A stretch of DNA of 64,000 nt from Parcubacteria group bacterium Gr01-1014_8 (GCA_007376385.1 VMGC01000001.1:128001-192000); one strand, 5' to 3'. Positions 9,343-18,419 are shown, counted from the stretch's first letter. Numbers and translations are program-made. Notes: a model not told the origin generated them from the sequence alone.

Positions 9343-9915
9343 TTATGCTGAGCCCAATATCTTAAGCGCTTCGCGCAGACGCTCGTTTGATTTTTCAATG
9401 CTGGACGGGACTTTTCGGAGCGCATCTCGCGCCTCCTGCGTCGAATATCCAAGAGCGCGCATAGCATCGAGTGCTTCCTCGTCGCCTTTAAGAGAGGCGC
9501 TTGTGCTCTCTGTTGCGCTGCCAACCTTGTCCCGTAATTCGAGCACTATCTTTTCCGCTGTTTTTTTGCCGATGCCTGATACCTTCGTCATATATTCTGC
9601 TTTTCCATGGACGATTGCGGAGCGGAGCGTCTCTATGGATGCGACATCAAGGATGGCAAGGGCGGATTTAGGACCGATCCCAGAGACAGTAAGAAGCAGC
9701 TCAAAAAAACGAAGCTCTTCTTCTTGCTCAAAGCCGTACAGGTCTAACGCGTCCTCGCGCACCGCAAGGTGCGTCCATAGGGATGCCTTCGCGCCTACGG
9801 AGAGGAGGGAAAGTATCTGTTTTGTTGCGGCGACCTTATAGCCCACTCCTCCGACGGAAATAATGGCACGTCCATCTCGGAGCGCTTTCACGATGCCTTC
9901 AAGGTGAGCGATCAT
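9343..9915 (-). CDS. ruvA: Holliday junction DNA helicase subunit RuvA.
   Basis: The product starts MIAHLEGIVKALRDGRAIISVGGVGYKV. Helix-hairpin-helix motifs follow (LLTVSGIGPKSALAIL, VSGIGKKTAEKIVLEL). The start was refined to the ATG at 9915. Confidence 0.85.
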   Translation of the reverse strand: MIAHLEGIVKALRDGRAIISVGGVGYKVAATKQILSLLSVGAKASLWTHLAVREDALDLYGFEQEEELRFFELLLTVSGIGPKSALAILDVASIETLRSAIVHGKAEYMTKVSGIGKKTAEKIVLELRDKVGSATESTSASLKGDEEALDAMRALGYSTQEARDALRKVPSSIEKSNERLREALKILGSA

Positions 9916-9996
9916 AGTTGTAAGTATCGAGTATCGCACCGTAAGTATCAAGCAGGCATTGCAAGGTACAGTGATATTAGGTAGTATCCCGCTGTT

Positions 9997-10260
9997 ATGG
10001 CGATCACAAGTTCCGCAAAGAAAGCCCAGCGCTCATCCCTAAAGCGGCGCGTTTTTAACGCTCGCAGAAAGAAAGCAATGAAGGATGTCGTGAAGGATGT
10101 CGCCCAATTGGTATCGAAGAAGGACTTGAAAGAGATTGCGCTGCTTCTTCCGAAGGTGTACCAGAACATTGATAAAGCGGCAAAGCGCGGCGTCATCAAG
10201 GCGAACGCAGCTGCCCGCATCAAATCGCGTCTCTCAAAGCGTATCGCGGCACTCTCCTAG
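9997..10260 (+). CDS. rpsT: 30S ribosomal protein S20.
   Basis: MAITSSAKKAQRSSLKRRVFNARRKKAMKDVVKDV... shows the typical S20 basic helical pattern. Confidence 0.85.
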   Translation: MAITSSAKKAQRSSLKRRVFNARRKKAMKDVVKDVAQLVSKKDLKEIALLLPKVYQNIDKAAKRGVIKANAAARIKSRLSKRIAALS

Positions 10261-10285
10261 ATTTTTTGCGTGAGATAATAGGTGC

Positions 10286-11374
10286 GTGAAAATCAACAAA
10301 GCGCTTGTGGTGCTTATTTTGGTTTCGCTGCTCATTTTCTTGAGCGTTGCTCTCGTTGTGTTGGCGTTTTCGAATAAGGTTTCCATTGAGAGTTTCTTTA
10401 CTGGCAGAAAAGCATCAAAAGAGCTGAAAACAACGATCGCATCGTCGCAGCCGGAAAAGTGCCCGCAGGACTCTACACATTTCGAATGCCTTGAGCGCTA
10501 CTACAGTGCGCTCGTCACACTAAACGGTGTCACTGCTGCGTTTGATGATTTGCGCATGCGTCAAGAAAAAGACGAGTTCATACGAGACCAGTGTCATCCT
10601 CTTGCGCACGTGATAGGACGAGCGGCGGCGATGCTCTATCCTTCGGTGTGCGAAGCGTTCAATGACGGCGATGCAACGTGTTGGTCAGGTTATTACCACG
10701 GGGTGATGGAAACAACCGCAGAAAATATCGGACGAGACGGTATTGAACAGCAATTGAATGATATGTGCGCAGGAATTCCGCGCGATGGAAATAATTGGCT
10801 GCACTATTTTTACTGTGTCCATGGGCTTGGACATGACATCATGGCTATTTTAAATGACGAACTCTTCGAGTCGCTTGAAATATGCGACACATTGCGCGGT
10901 TCCTGGGAGCGGGATTCATGTGTAGGCGGTGCATTTATGGAAAATGTCATTGCCGATCATAGTGGCCACAAAACAAAATACTTAGACGCCGAGCGGCCGC
11001 TATATCCATGCACCGATGTACAGGAGCGATTCAAGGAGCAGTGTTATTTGAATCAAAGCTCGTACATGCTCAAGATACTTGGAGGAGATTTCGTGCAAGC
11101 CTTTGATCTATGTGGATCGGCGGGAGAACCGTATGCCAACAGGTGCTATGAATCGCTTGGGCGGGATGCCGTAAGTTACGGAAAAAGCGAGCCTTCACTT
11201 ATTTTTGAACTATGTGACAAGGCGATAACGGACGAGCAGCGTGCGCACTGCGTCATAGGAGTCGTCGATTTTCTTGTTACCTACGAACCTAAAGAACACG
11301 CGGAACAATTTTGCGCAATTTTTTTAGGCTCTTTGCAGAGCGAGTGTACGGCTCGCATCGAATCGCATCTCTGA
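10286..11374 (+). CDS. Membrane-anchored/secreted Cys- and His-rich repeat protein; hypothetical.
   Basis: An N-terminal TM segment is followed by about six degenerate repeats of C-[VWY]-x-G-x-x-[HM]. Examples are CHPLAHVIG, CWSGYYHGVM, CVHGLGHDIM, CVGGAFMENV, CYESLGRDAV and CVIGVVDFLV. Confidence 0.5.
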   Translation: MKINKALVVLILVSLLIFLSVALVVLAFSNKVSIESFFTGRKASKELKTTIASSQPEKCPQDSTHFECLERYYSALVTLNGVTAAFDDLRMRQEKDEFIRDQCHPLAHVIGRAAAMLYPSVCEAFNDGDATCWSGYYHGVMETTAENIGRDGIEQQLNDMCAGIPRDGNNWLHYFYCVHGLGHDIMAILNDELFESLEICDTLRGSWERDSCVGGAFMENVIADHSGHKTKYLDAERPLYPCTDVQERFKEQCYLNQSSYMLKILGGDFVQAFDLCGSAGEPYANRCYESLGRDAVSYGKSEPSLIFELCDKAITDEQRAHCVIGVVDFLVTYEPKEHAEQFCAIFLGSLQSECTARIESHL

Positions 11375-11433
11375 AAGCCCATGAAGCCTCTCTCGTGATT
11401 ATTTCTGAAAAAAGTCCGTGTTAGTGTGTTTAG

Positions 11434-12924
11434 GTGGTAACTTCAACGTTCGCGAAGTTTCGGCTTCCTCGCGTTGCGACGCTCGATGACCTTTTTGGCA
11501 TTGACGTTCGTTCATTGGCGCTTGTTCGTGTTTCGATAGGTGCGCTTATCCTCTACGATCTTTTTGTGCGGGCCATCTCCCTCACGGAACATTATGGAGA
11601 CAACGGCGTTTTTTCAAGTGCGCTCATCCAATCGTACTGGCCGTTCGAATATGCTTGGTCGCTTCATCTGCTGGCGGGCGGGCCGCTCGTCGTGGTCGTT
11701 ACATGTTTCATCGTACATGCATGCGCAACCGCGGCTCTCTTGGTGGGATATAAAACACGCATCGCAACATTTCTGACTTTCATGCTCCAAATATCGCTGT
11801 ACCACGCGAATCCGATACTTTTATACGGAGTAGACGATATCATTCGCACGGTTTTATTCGTTGGGATCTTTTTGCCGTGGGGCGCTGCGTACTCCTTCGA
11901 TAGTTACTTTCGGCAAACTGCCTCACCCCATAAGCGAGCGTTATCCATGTGGACGGCGGCTTTTTTGCTTCAACTCGGTTTTTATTACTTGTTCGCCGCG
12001 TCAACAAAAATTGGTCCCGAATGGCTAGACGGCAGCGCCGTCTATTACGCCCTTTCATTTATTCCGGACCAGACATCGCTCGGCGTCTTTATGATGCAGT
12101 TCCCACATCTGCTAACGCTTGCCACGTTCGGTGTTCTGATCCTGCAAAGCATCGCGCTCATTCTCTTATTCAGTCCTATTTTTACAATGTCGCTACGTTT
12201 GCTCGCTCTCGGAGCGCTTATCGGTATGCACGCCTCATTCGGCGTTTTACTTCAGCTCGGGATCTTTTCCTGGGTTGCGATAGCTGCGCTCCTTGCTTTC
12301 ATGCCCTCTTTTTTTTGGGATGCAATCGAACATTACCTCGGAAGAAACCCGCCAATAGCAAAAACTCTTAAAAGTGAGGAACAAAAAACGATTTTCCAGG
12401 CGTTATGTGAGGCGACAGCAGCTATGCTCGGCTTTTTATACATCGTGTACATTTTCACGTGGCAAGCGAGCAATTCCACTTTTTTTCAGTCAGATGTTCA
12501 TTTTCCGAATGGATTGGTTGTTGTTGCAAAAGTACTTAGAATCGATCAGACATCCGGACTTTTTGCTCCCTCCCCACCTCGTTCGAGCGGGTGGTATGTC
12601 ATTTCTGGACAATTGGCGGATGGCGAAGAAATTGATCTTCTTCGGGATGGTGCGCCGGCAACATATGAGCGCTCTGATAGCATGGAAGCTGTTCATCGAA
12701 CGTATCGAGTACAGTCGTTTATGTTGAACACCATGAGCTGGCGATATCCAGAGTATCGCCCAACGTACGCAGCATATTTGTGTAAAAAGTGGAATGAAAA
12801 TAATTTTGAGTCTCGAAGACTCCTGCAGGTAAAATTAATTTATATGGCAATCGAGACTCCGGAGCCGGGAATACCGCCGTCTCCCGTCGAGCGTGTAACA
12901 TTGTATGAACAGACGTGCAGTTAG
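11434..12924 (+). CDS. HTTM domain protein (vitamin K-dependent gamma-carboxylase-like transmembrane domain).
   Basis: The N-terminal pattern FGIDVRSLALVRVSIGALILYDLF and multiple TM helices fit HTTM proteins. There is an additional C-terminal soluble domain. Confidence 0.6.
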   Translation: MVTSTFAKFRLPRVATLDDLFGIDVRSLALVRVSIGALILYDLFVRAISLTEHYGDNGVFSSALIQSYWPFEYAWSLHLLAGGPLVVVVTCFIVHACATAALLVGYKTRIATFLTFMLQISLYHANPILLYGVDDIIRTVLFVGIFLPWGAAYSFDSYFRQTASPHKRALSMWTAAFLLQLGFYYLFAASTKIGPEWLDGSAVYYALSFIPDQTSLGVFMMQFPHLLTLATFGVLILQSIALILLFSPIFTMSLRLLALGALIGMHASFGVLLQLGIFSWVAIAALLAFMPSFFWDAIEHYLGRNPPIAKTLKSEEQKTIFQALCEATAAMLGFLYIVYIFTWQASNSTFFQSDVHFPNGLVVVAKVLRIDQTSGLFAPSPPRSSGWYVISGQLADGEEIDLLRDGAPATYERSDSMEAVHRTYRVQSFMLNTMSWRYPEYRPTYAAYLCKKWNENNFESRRLLQVKLIYMAIETPEPGIPPSPVERVTLYEQTCS

Positions 12925-13224
12925 GAACGCACCTCTCTGTGCAGTATTCTTGAATTAGTCCGAACGCACTTTTCCGAAAAAATCCTCCCGCGAAAATTCG
13001 GAAAGGCGGCGCCTGCCCGCCGAAGCCTCGGCGCAGGCGGGGAGCCGCACCGCTGTAGATTTTCTTGCGTAAAGTATATATCTCATATTGTTTGTGGATC
13101 AAGGATCAAAAAATTTTCTTCCCCCAAAATGCGAAACCGTGAATTTGTTTTTACCCCCAAAATCCAATACAAATTAGTCGCCGAGCGAAGCGAGGCGAAC
13201 CAAAACTCTTTGACTTTTCCTTTC

Positions 13225-13299
13225 TGGTGCCCTCGGCAGGAATCGAACCTGCATTTCTTCCTTCGCAGGGAAGTGTCCTATCCATTGAACGACGAGAGC
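13225..13299 (-). tRNA. tRNA-Arg, anticodon GCG, with genomically encoded CCA.
   Basis: The reverse-complement fold gives acceptor GCTCTCG/CGAGGGC and D-arm GTTC-AATGGATA-GGAC. The anticodon stem-loop is CTTCC-CTGCGAA-GGAAG and the T-arm is GCAGG-TTCGATT-CCTGC. Discriminator A is followed by CCA. It is the only tRNA here with encoded CCA. Confidence 0.65.
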
Positions 13300-13985
13300 G
13301 GAGCGCCAGCAATCTTTTCCTGAATCGCGTACGCAAAGCCGAGTATCTCCTTTCTTATACTGCTGTCAAGGTAACAGATAAAACAGAGACCCATGAAATT
13401 CTGTCGGAATTTCCTCATCTTACTTCTCGGTTTGATCCAAATCTTGCCAGTTTGAGATAGCGGAATTTTTGTTAGTTTTGACCAGTAGTTCTTCGTCTTT
13501 TCTATATCGTGGTAGTGATGGACATGAATCCGCAATCGTAACCTTTTTTCGTCGATCGTGTAACACTTTCGGAGCAAAGCCATGTAAAGGAATATCATTT
13601 TAGGATCGGTGTTTGCGAAGCGGAGTCCCGAAACCTTGTTGTGTTTTGTCCCCTCCGCCCAATACAGCATCGCAAGAAGAGATTTCATATATGTCATATC
13701 TTTGTGCGTGATTAGTTTTGCCATTTCTTTTCCGCGCAAAACATAAACCTTGTCACGTTTTTCTTTTGCGGCTCGTAGAGAAGAGGCCGAGATTGTACGG
13801 GCACGTTTGAGATGTTCCAAGCGCAATGTTTCGGTAAATACTCCGGGGTATTTATGACCAAGCCATGTACACAATGTGCTCCTTGGTATCGACAGTTCTC
13901 TTTGAATTTGCAAATATGATTTTCCACTTCTGCGCAATTTTGCGGCAGTTTCTTTTACTGCTTCAGAATAAAAAGTACCACGCAT
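13278..13985 (-). CDS. HTH plus LAGLIDADG-like homing endonuclease family protein.
   Basis: An N-terminal HTH (GKSYLQIQRELSIPRSTLCTW) is present. A single LAGLIDADG-like motif (LLAMLYWAEGTKH) is present. The region is AT-rich. The 3' end overlaps tRNA-Arg (13225-13299) on the same strand. Confidence 0.5.
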   Translation of the reverse strand: MRGTFYSEAVKETAAKLRRSGKSYLQIQRELSIPRSTLCTWLGHKYPGVFTETLRLEHLKRARTISASSLRAAKEKRDKVYVLRGKEMAKLITHKDMTYMKSLLAMLYWAEGTKHNKVSGLRFANTDPKMIFLYMALLRKCYTIDEKRLRLRIHVHHYHDIEKTKNYWSKLTKIPLSQTGKIWIKPRSKMRKFRQNFMGLCFICYLDSSIRKEILGFAYAIQEKIAGAPLSSFNG

Positions 13986-14109
13986 AAAAACAATACGCTT
14001 CCAATCGTACAGTATAGATACACTACAGGTCAGTATCTATATTCGTTCTTTGTGGATAGCTGCGGTTTCCACAGATGTTCATTGCGCGAGGAACTTGTAG
14101 GGCGCATCA

Positions 14110-15984
14110 TTGGGGCACATGTCCCCCGGGAACTCTCTTGTTGCTGGAGTTGTTTTGGTTGGCCTCTTGGGTTCTCTTGCGGTTGCGCTGCAATCTTCTA
14201 ATCCCAATGTAGAATCCGTCGAACAAGTGGCTGCAGCAAAGTTTGCTGAAGGTCCGCCTCCGGCGATCAAGACAAAAACCGGTGGGACACAAGTCGGAAA
14301 AATGGAACAATGTGATTCTGGGACCGAGCATCGAATTATCGAGACGGGGACAGGACAAGGGTATAGATTTGAGCGAAAAGTGACAGATGCACAGTTAAAA
14401 AAAGATTGCGAAGAGAAAAAAAAGACAGGAGATATTTGCAAAGGCACGGTTAAGTTTTGCCTTGATCCAAGATTGCAAGGCGATGCGAAAGCAAAATCTG
14501 ACGCGGGCAAGGGCCCCGAAGTTGATTGCGGCAATATTAATGAAAAATGTGTCCCAGGAGCAGCAATAAATCCGAATGAGGTACGAAAGAGTCACGCGCC
14601 GGGTGTTTTGAAGGATAATTACTTGGCAGCGGTGAAGGCCGGAGACAAACAGATGGCGGATGCAATTAAGACAGCTGCGCAAGCGAATCCGGAATATAGT
14701 AAAGTGCTCGATTCGTTTATAGATGAGGATATAAAAGCCGTCGATGAAGATAAGGGACTTAAAGTTAAAGATTTAAATAGCGTTGAAGAGCAGCTTGCTA
14801 ATCTTAACGCGCAAGCAAATTGTGCCGGCGAGACAACCGATGAAGGGTATTCGGCCTGCATGATGAAGCAAGGACAAATGAAAGATGATCTTTTGAAACA
14901 ACAGTCAGATCTCAAAAAGCAGATTGTGGATCTTGAAGAACAAAAGAAACGACTTGCTGAGGCAAAAGTTGCCTTAAAGGCGCCTGCTGCCCCTCAAAGT
15001 CCACAATCACCTCAGAGTCCTCAATCTCCGCAAAGTCCACAGGCTCCCCAGTCGCCGCAAAGTCCTCAGAGTCCTTACAATCCGCAGTCACCGCAAAGCC
15101 CTCAATCGACGTTCCCTCAGCAAGGACAGCAACCGCAGGCGGGAAAAGGCGGCCAGCAAAAAGGTGGAGGCGGTGGGAGCCAACCACAGCCGCGGCCAAA
15201 CCCTGTCCAGCAGTGCCAGCAAGGGCAATATCAGTCGGTACAACAACAGCAGTATTCGTATTGTACGAACGGCGAGAATGGTCCCGGGATATACACGTAC
15301 AACAGCTACACGTGTAAGTATCAACTCGCGCAGCAGTGCCCGTACGGCTGCGCCGGCGTCGGCTCCGCTTCGAATCCGACTTACTACGTGACCAATCCCG
15401 GCGGGCAAAGCAATTCCTGTGCGCCTGCTCCAAACACGCAACCGCAACAGCCGACTGCGGAATTGAAATGCGGCGGCTCGGGCAAGCGTGATGTGGGCAT
15501 GAAGGTGCCAATCTCGTATACGTGCGGCAATTCGGTGAAAGCAACGGCAAGCGGATTCACGATCTCGAGCGAGACGACTTTGTCGGGCTCTGCTGAGCCG
15601 GAAATCAAGAAGCCTCCGCGAGGAACGAACATTGTCACCTACGGGCTTACGTGCACATCTTCAAATGGTCAGACTGCGACCGGAAAATGTGACGTCGAGA
15701 TAAACGTTACGTCGCTCATTTTTGTCTCAAACCCACAGAAACTTGATCTAAGCGAAGATGAAGATGACAAGGCGTTACTCGGATGGGTTACCAAAGGTAT
15801 GAAATCATGCCATGTCAGCAGCGATGCGTTCTCTGAATTCACGCAGGAGAACGAGAGTAACGATAGTGTGTCAGGCACAGTGAAAACTCCTGTCTTGACG
15901 GGTGACGCAACATTTGAATTGACGTGCGAGACGAATGGCGGTCAAGAAAAGTCGATTGAGCTCACCATCGACGTCGAGGCGTAA
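14110..15984 (+). CDS. Secreted Cys-rich protein with a coiled-coil, an SPQ tandem-repeat linker and two C-terminal Cys-framed beta domains (paralog family member 2).
   Basis: The signal peptide is MGHMSPGNSLVAGVVLVGLLGSLAVALQSS. The Cys cluster is CDSG...DCEEKKKTGDICKGTVKFC...DCGNINEKC. A (PQS)n repeat follows. The C-terminal motifs LLGWVTKGMKSCHVSS...ATFELTCETNGG...IELTIDV match the C-terminus of the 4274-5599 protein. Confidence 0.6.
   Translation: MGHMSPGNSLVAGVVLVGLLGSLAVALQSSNPNVESVEQVAAAKFAEGPPPAIKTKTGGTQVGKMEQCDSGTEHRIIETGTGQGYRFERKVTDAQLKKDCEEKKKTGDICKGTVKFCLDPRLQGDAKAKSDAGKGPEVDCGNINEKCVPGAAINPNEVRKSHAPGVLKDNYLAAVKAGDKQMADAIKTAAQANPEYSKVLDSFIDEDIKAVDEDKGLKVKDLNSVEEQLANLNAQANCAGETTDEGYSACMMKQGQMKDDLLKQQSDLKKQIVDLEEQKKRLAEAKVALKAPAAPQSPQSPQSPQSPQSPQAPQSPQSPQSPYNPQSPQSPQSTFPQQGQQPQAGKGGQQKGGGGGSQPQPRPNPVQQCQQGQYQSVQQQQYSYCTNGENGPGIYTYNSYTCKYQLAQQCPYGCAGVGSASNPTYYVTNPGGQSNSCAPAPNTQPQQPTAELKCGGSGKRDVGMKVPISYTCGNSVKATASGFTISSETTLSGSAEPEIKKPPRGTNIVTYGLTCTSSNGQTATGKCDVEINVTSLIFVSNPQKLDLSEDEDDKALLGWVTKGMKSCHVSSDAFSEFTQENESNDSVSGTVKTPVLTGDATFELTCETNGGQEKSIELTIDVEA
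14992..15108 (+). repeat. Tandem 9-bp (Pro-Gln-Ser) repeat inside the CDS, about 13 units.
   Basis: cctcaaagt ccacaatca cctcagagt cctcaatct ccgcaaagt ... encodes PQSPQSPQSPQSPQSPQAPQSPQSPQSPYNPQSPQSPQS. The units show synonymous variation. Confidence 0.75.
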
Positions 15985-15990
15985 CTCTTT

Positions 15991-16467
15991 CTAGAAGCCA
16001 AAGAATTCCAGTATTTTGTGTGCGAGAGGCTCTTTCATCGGGACTTCAGGCGCGCGTTCGCGCAAATATGCGCGTATTTCCTCGGGGTTTGCGCCGCCGA
16101 TGGGTATGACGAGATTCGGCGACATGAATTTAACCGTATCAACAAGAAGAAGCGGCTCTTCTTCTTGGTTTTCGGTCTCGACCCAGAACGCAAGTATTTC
16201 TTCGTATGTGTGCAATGTAGAGCTGACCGTGATGCCGCGCTCCGATATCTCGAAATCATGCAATTCGGGCGGGGTCTGCGCGATAAGCGCGATAACGCCT
16301 GCCGCAACAATAATGAGAAGTGCAAAGAGAACATTTCCAAAGAGGAGAGAGGTTACTGCCGCACACACTGCTATGATACCGAGCGCCCAAAACCAATCGC
16401 TCGAGCGTTCGATGTGTTCGTGTTCATATGCGCTCCAGCGTATCGGAGAAGCGGAAGATTCCGGCAT
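15991..16467 (-). CDS. Hypothetical membrane protein with 2 TM segments plus a soluble domain.
   Basis: The 158-aa ORF contains WFWALGIIAVCAAVTSLLFGNVLFALLIIVAAGVIALI. No known motif was found. Confidence 0.45.
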   Translation of the reverse strand: MPESSASPIRWSAYEHEHIERSSDWFWALGIIAVCAAVTSLLFGNVLFALLIIVAAGVIALIAQTPPELHDFEISERGITVSSTLHTYEEILAFWVETENQEEEPLLLVDTVKFMSPNLVIPIGGANPEEIRAYLRERAPEVPMKEPLAHKILEFFGF

Positions 16468-16542
16468 GACAACATTGTACTATGAGAAAAATTCCTCTTT
16501 TGATGTTGGTGCCGAGAATGTGAGCATGGTACAACAATCCGT

Positions 16543-16628
16543 GGAGGGGTCGCATAGCGGTCTAGTGCAGCGGTCTTGAAAACCGCCAGGTCTAATAGGC
16601 CTCGCGAGTTCGAATCTCGCCCCCTCCG
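16543..16628 (+). tRNA. tRNA-Ser, anticodon TGA.
   Basis: The acceptor is GGAGGGG/CCCCTCC and the anticodon stem-loop is GCGGT-CTTGAAA-ACCGC. There is a long variable arm. The T-arm is GCGAG-TTCGAAT-CTCGC with discriminator G. Confidence 0.85.
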
Positions 16629-16638
16629 CAGAAAACGT

Positions 16639-17049
16639 ATGACCCGGATCATGGTGTTTGGAACTTTCGATATGGTCCACGAGGGCCATGTAAATCTTTT
16701 TCAGCAAGCACGCTCTCTTGCGCCTGCCCCATTCTTGATTGTTTCAGTCGCCCGTGATGCTGTCGCGACGCGTATCAAGGGCTTCGCGCCGCAGCACCTT
16801 GAAGATGAGCGTCGCGCCCTTGTCAAGAAAAATGTGCTCGTAGATAAAGCAGTTCTCGGAGATAAAAAAGGTTTCGTTGAACATATTGCGCATGAAACTC
16901 CAGACATTATTGCGCTCGGATATGACCAGAGCGGTGAATACGTCGACGGGCTTGAAGCAAAACTAGGAGAGATGGGACTTTTCCCAAAGATAGTTCGGTT
17001 GCAGCCGTACAAGCCGGAGACTTTCAAAACGTCTATACTTCGGCAATAG
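16639..17049 (+). CDS. Cytidylyltransferase-like nucleotidyltransferase (FAD synthase/RibL-like, HxGH motif).
   Basis: [25 protein letters not shown] carries the (T/H)xGH signature. The track ORF at 16576 overlaps tRNA-Ser; the ATG at 16639 is the likely start. Confidence 0.65.
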   Translation: MTRIMVFGTFDMVHEGHVNLFQQARSLAPAPFLIVSVARDAVATRIKGFAPQHLEDERRALVKKNVLVDKAVLGDKKGFVEHIAHETPDIIALGYDQSGEYVDGLEAKLGEMGLFPKIVRLQPYKPETFKTSILRQ

Positions 17050-17057
17050 TATCGGGT

Positions 17058-17447
17058 ATGCGTTATCTTGGAATTGATTATGGGACGAAGGGCGTCGGGC
17101 TCGCAATCTCTGACGAGAGTGCGCAGTTTGCATTTCCATTCGCTGTTTTTCCGAATGATCAAAAACTCCTCGAAAATATCTTGGACGTTATACACGATAT
17201 GAATATCGCTCAGATAATTGTCGGCGACACTCGTGCGGAAGGCGGAGCTTCGAATAGGATAACTGAAGAAGCGGAACAATTCATGTCTGACCTTGCTGGT
17301 GCGATCAACCTTCAAGTGCACCGTGTGCGCGAGGCGTGGAGCTCTGTCGAAGCGTCTCGTTTTGCACCGAAGGGAAAAGAAAGAGATGATGCGGCTGCTG
17401 CCGCGATCATTCTTCAGCGATTTTTAGATGTCCACAAAGCAGTGTAG
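17058..17447 (+). CDS. ruvX: Holliday junction resolvase-like protein YqgF/RuvX.
   Basis: MRYLGIDYGTKGVGLAISDESAQFAFPFAV matches the RNase H-like YqgF N-terminus. Confidence 0.8.
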   Translation: MRYLGIDYGTKGVGLAISDESAQFAFPFAVFPNDQKLLENILDVIHDMNIAQIIVGDTRAEGGASNRITEEAEQFMSDLAGAINLQVHRVREAWSSVEASRFAPKGKERDDAAAAAIILQRFLDVHKAV

Positions 17448-17471
17448 CTACTTCCACTGTAGTGATACGAT

Positions 17472-18404
17472 GTGAGAGTGAAAACCGCATCGTCAGGGCG
17501 AGTGCTCTCGGCTCATGTGTGGGGTTTTGTATTGGTTGCCACAATCAGTGTCGTCTTGGGTGCAGCACTGATACGCAACACCGTTCAAGCCGCACCGGCG
17601 ACTACAGACCCAGGGGCAAAATGCGGGGACCCGAAGTTTACGATACCGGACCCTCCATCAATGGAGTTGGTGAACGATGAACACTACAGCAAGGCAAAAT
17701 GGAAAGAATGCATCAAAAAAAGTTGCGAGAAGAAGATAGAAGGAAATTCGGGCTGTTTTGATAAAGACAGTGCAAAATGCAAAGAATACTGTAATAACAA
17801 GTTGACAACGAAAGGCAAAATTACAGGGCAGTGTTGCTCTGAGGTGGTTGAGAAGGGTGGAAAGGATATATGTACCGACGGGCCATGCCAGCCGCCACCG
17901 GGCAAGAAAGCGGGAGGTGAAAAACCTCCGACTGGGGGCGGCAAACCGCCTCCGGGAGGAGGCGAAAAGAAACCTGGGGGAGGTGAAGAGAAACCGCCCG
18001 GCGGTTTACCAGAGATTCCCAAAGGTGGCGGAGAAAAGAAAGAGACGCCGCCTCAAACTACACCTCAAGACCCGTGCGCAGTCGGTGGGGTAGATTGGAG
18101 TACTTCTAAGTGTCGAAATACGGCGCTCGATAAATTAACGGATCTTGCCGGAGATGCCTCGTCTGCGGTCACAGAATCGGCAAAAAAACTTGGCATGATG
18201 ATCATTGGTCCGGTACAGCATTTGTTGACAGGCGATGGACAAAATACTGCGGAACCCGCAACGTACAATGACGTGCCGTTTGCAGGGGTAACGGGCTTTG
18301 GAAATACCGGGACGTCGGGGACGGATGAGAGTTTTCTGCAAAGCGTGGCGGCTAGCCTTAGCCAGCTCTACGGCGCTCTCAATGATCTGTTCACCTGGTT
18401 CTGA
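17472..18404 (+). CDS. Secreted or membrane-anchored Cys-rich protein with a Gly/Pro/Lys/Glu repeat linker (paralog family member 3).
   Basis: The start is GTG. The signal anchor is VWGFVLVATISVVLGAALI. The Cys cluster is KCGDP...KWKECIKKSCEKK...GCFDKDSAKCKEYCNN...GQCCSEV...DICTDGPCQ. The linker is PPPGKKAGGEKPPTGGGKPPPGGGEKKPGGGEEKPPGG. Confidence 0.55.
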   Translation: MRVKTASSGRVLSAHVWGFVLVATISVVLGAALIRNTVQAAPATTDPGAKCGDPKFTIPDPPSMELVNDEHYSKAKWKECIKKSCEKKIEGNSGCFDKDSAKCKEYCNNKLTTKGKITGQCCSEVVEKGGKDICTDGPCQPPPGKKAGGEKPPTGGGKPPPGGGEKKPGGGEEKPPGGLPEIPKGGGEKKETPPQTTPQDPCAVGGVDWSTSKCRNTALDKLTDLAGDASSAVTESAKKLGMMIIGPVQHLLTGDGQNTAEPATYNDVPFAGVTGFGNTGTSGTDESFLQSVAASLSQLYGALNDLFTWF

Positions 18405-18419
18405 TCGCTGGTTGTTTGT

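Noticed and set aside
12925-13224. GC-rich imperfect hairpin (about 12990-13050) and direct repeats CCCCCAAAAT x2 between the HTTM gene and tRNA-Arg. The GCGAGGCG-like motifs are faintly similar to E-element region C.
   Set aside because: It is most simply a terminator shared by convergent transcription units. The similarity to E1/E2 is limited to a GC-rich 8-mer and lacks the three core blocks.
16576-16638. 5' extension of the cytidylyltransferase ORF, starting at a TTG inside tRNA-Ser.
   Set aside because: It overlaps a well-folded tRNA. The in-frame ATG at 16639 gives the canonical MxxVxxGTFDxxHxGH N-terminus.
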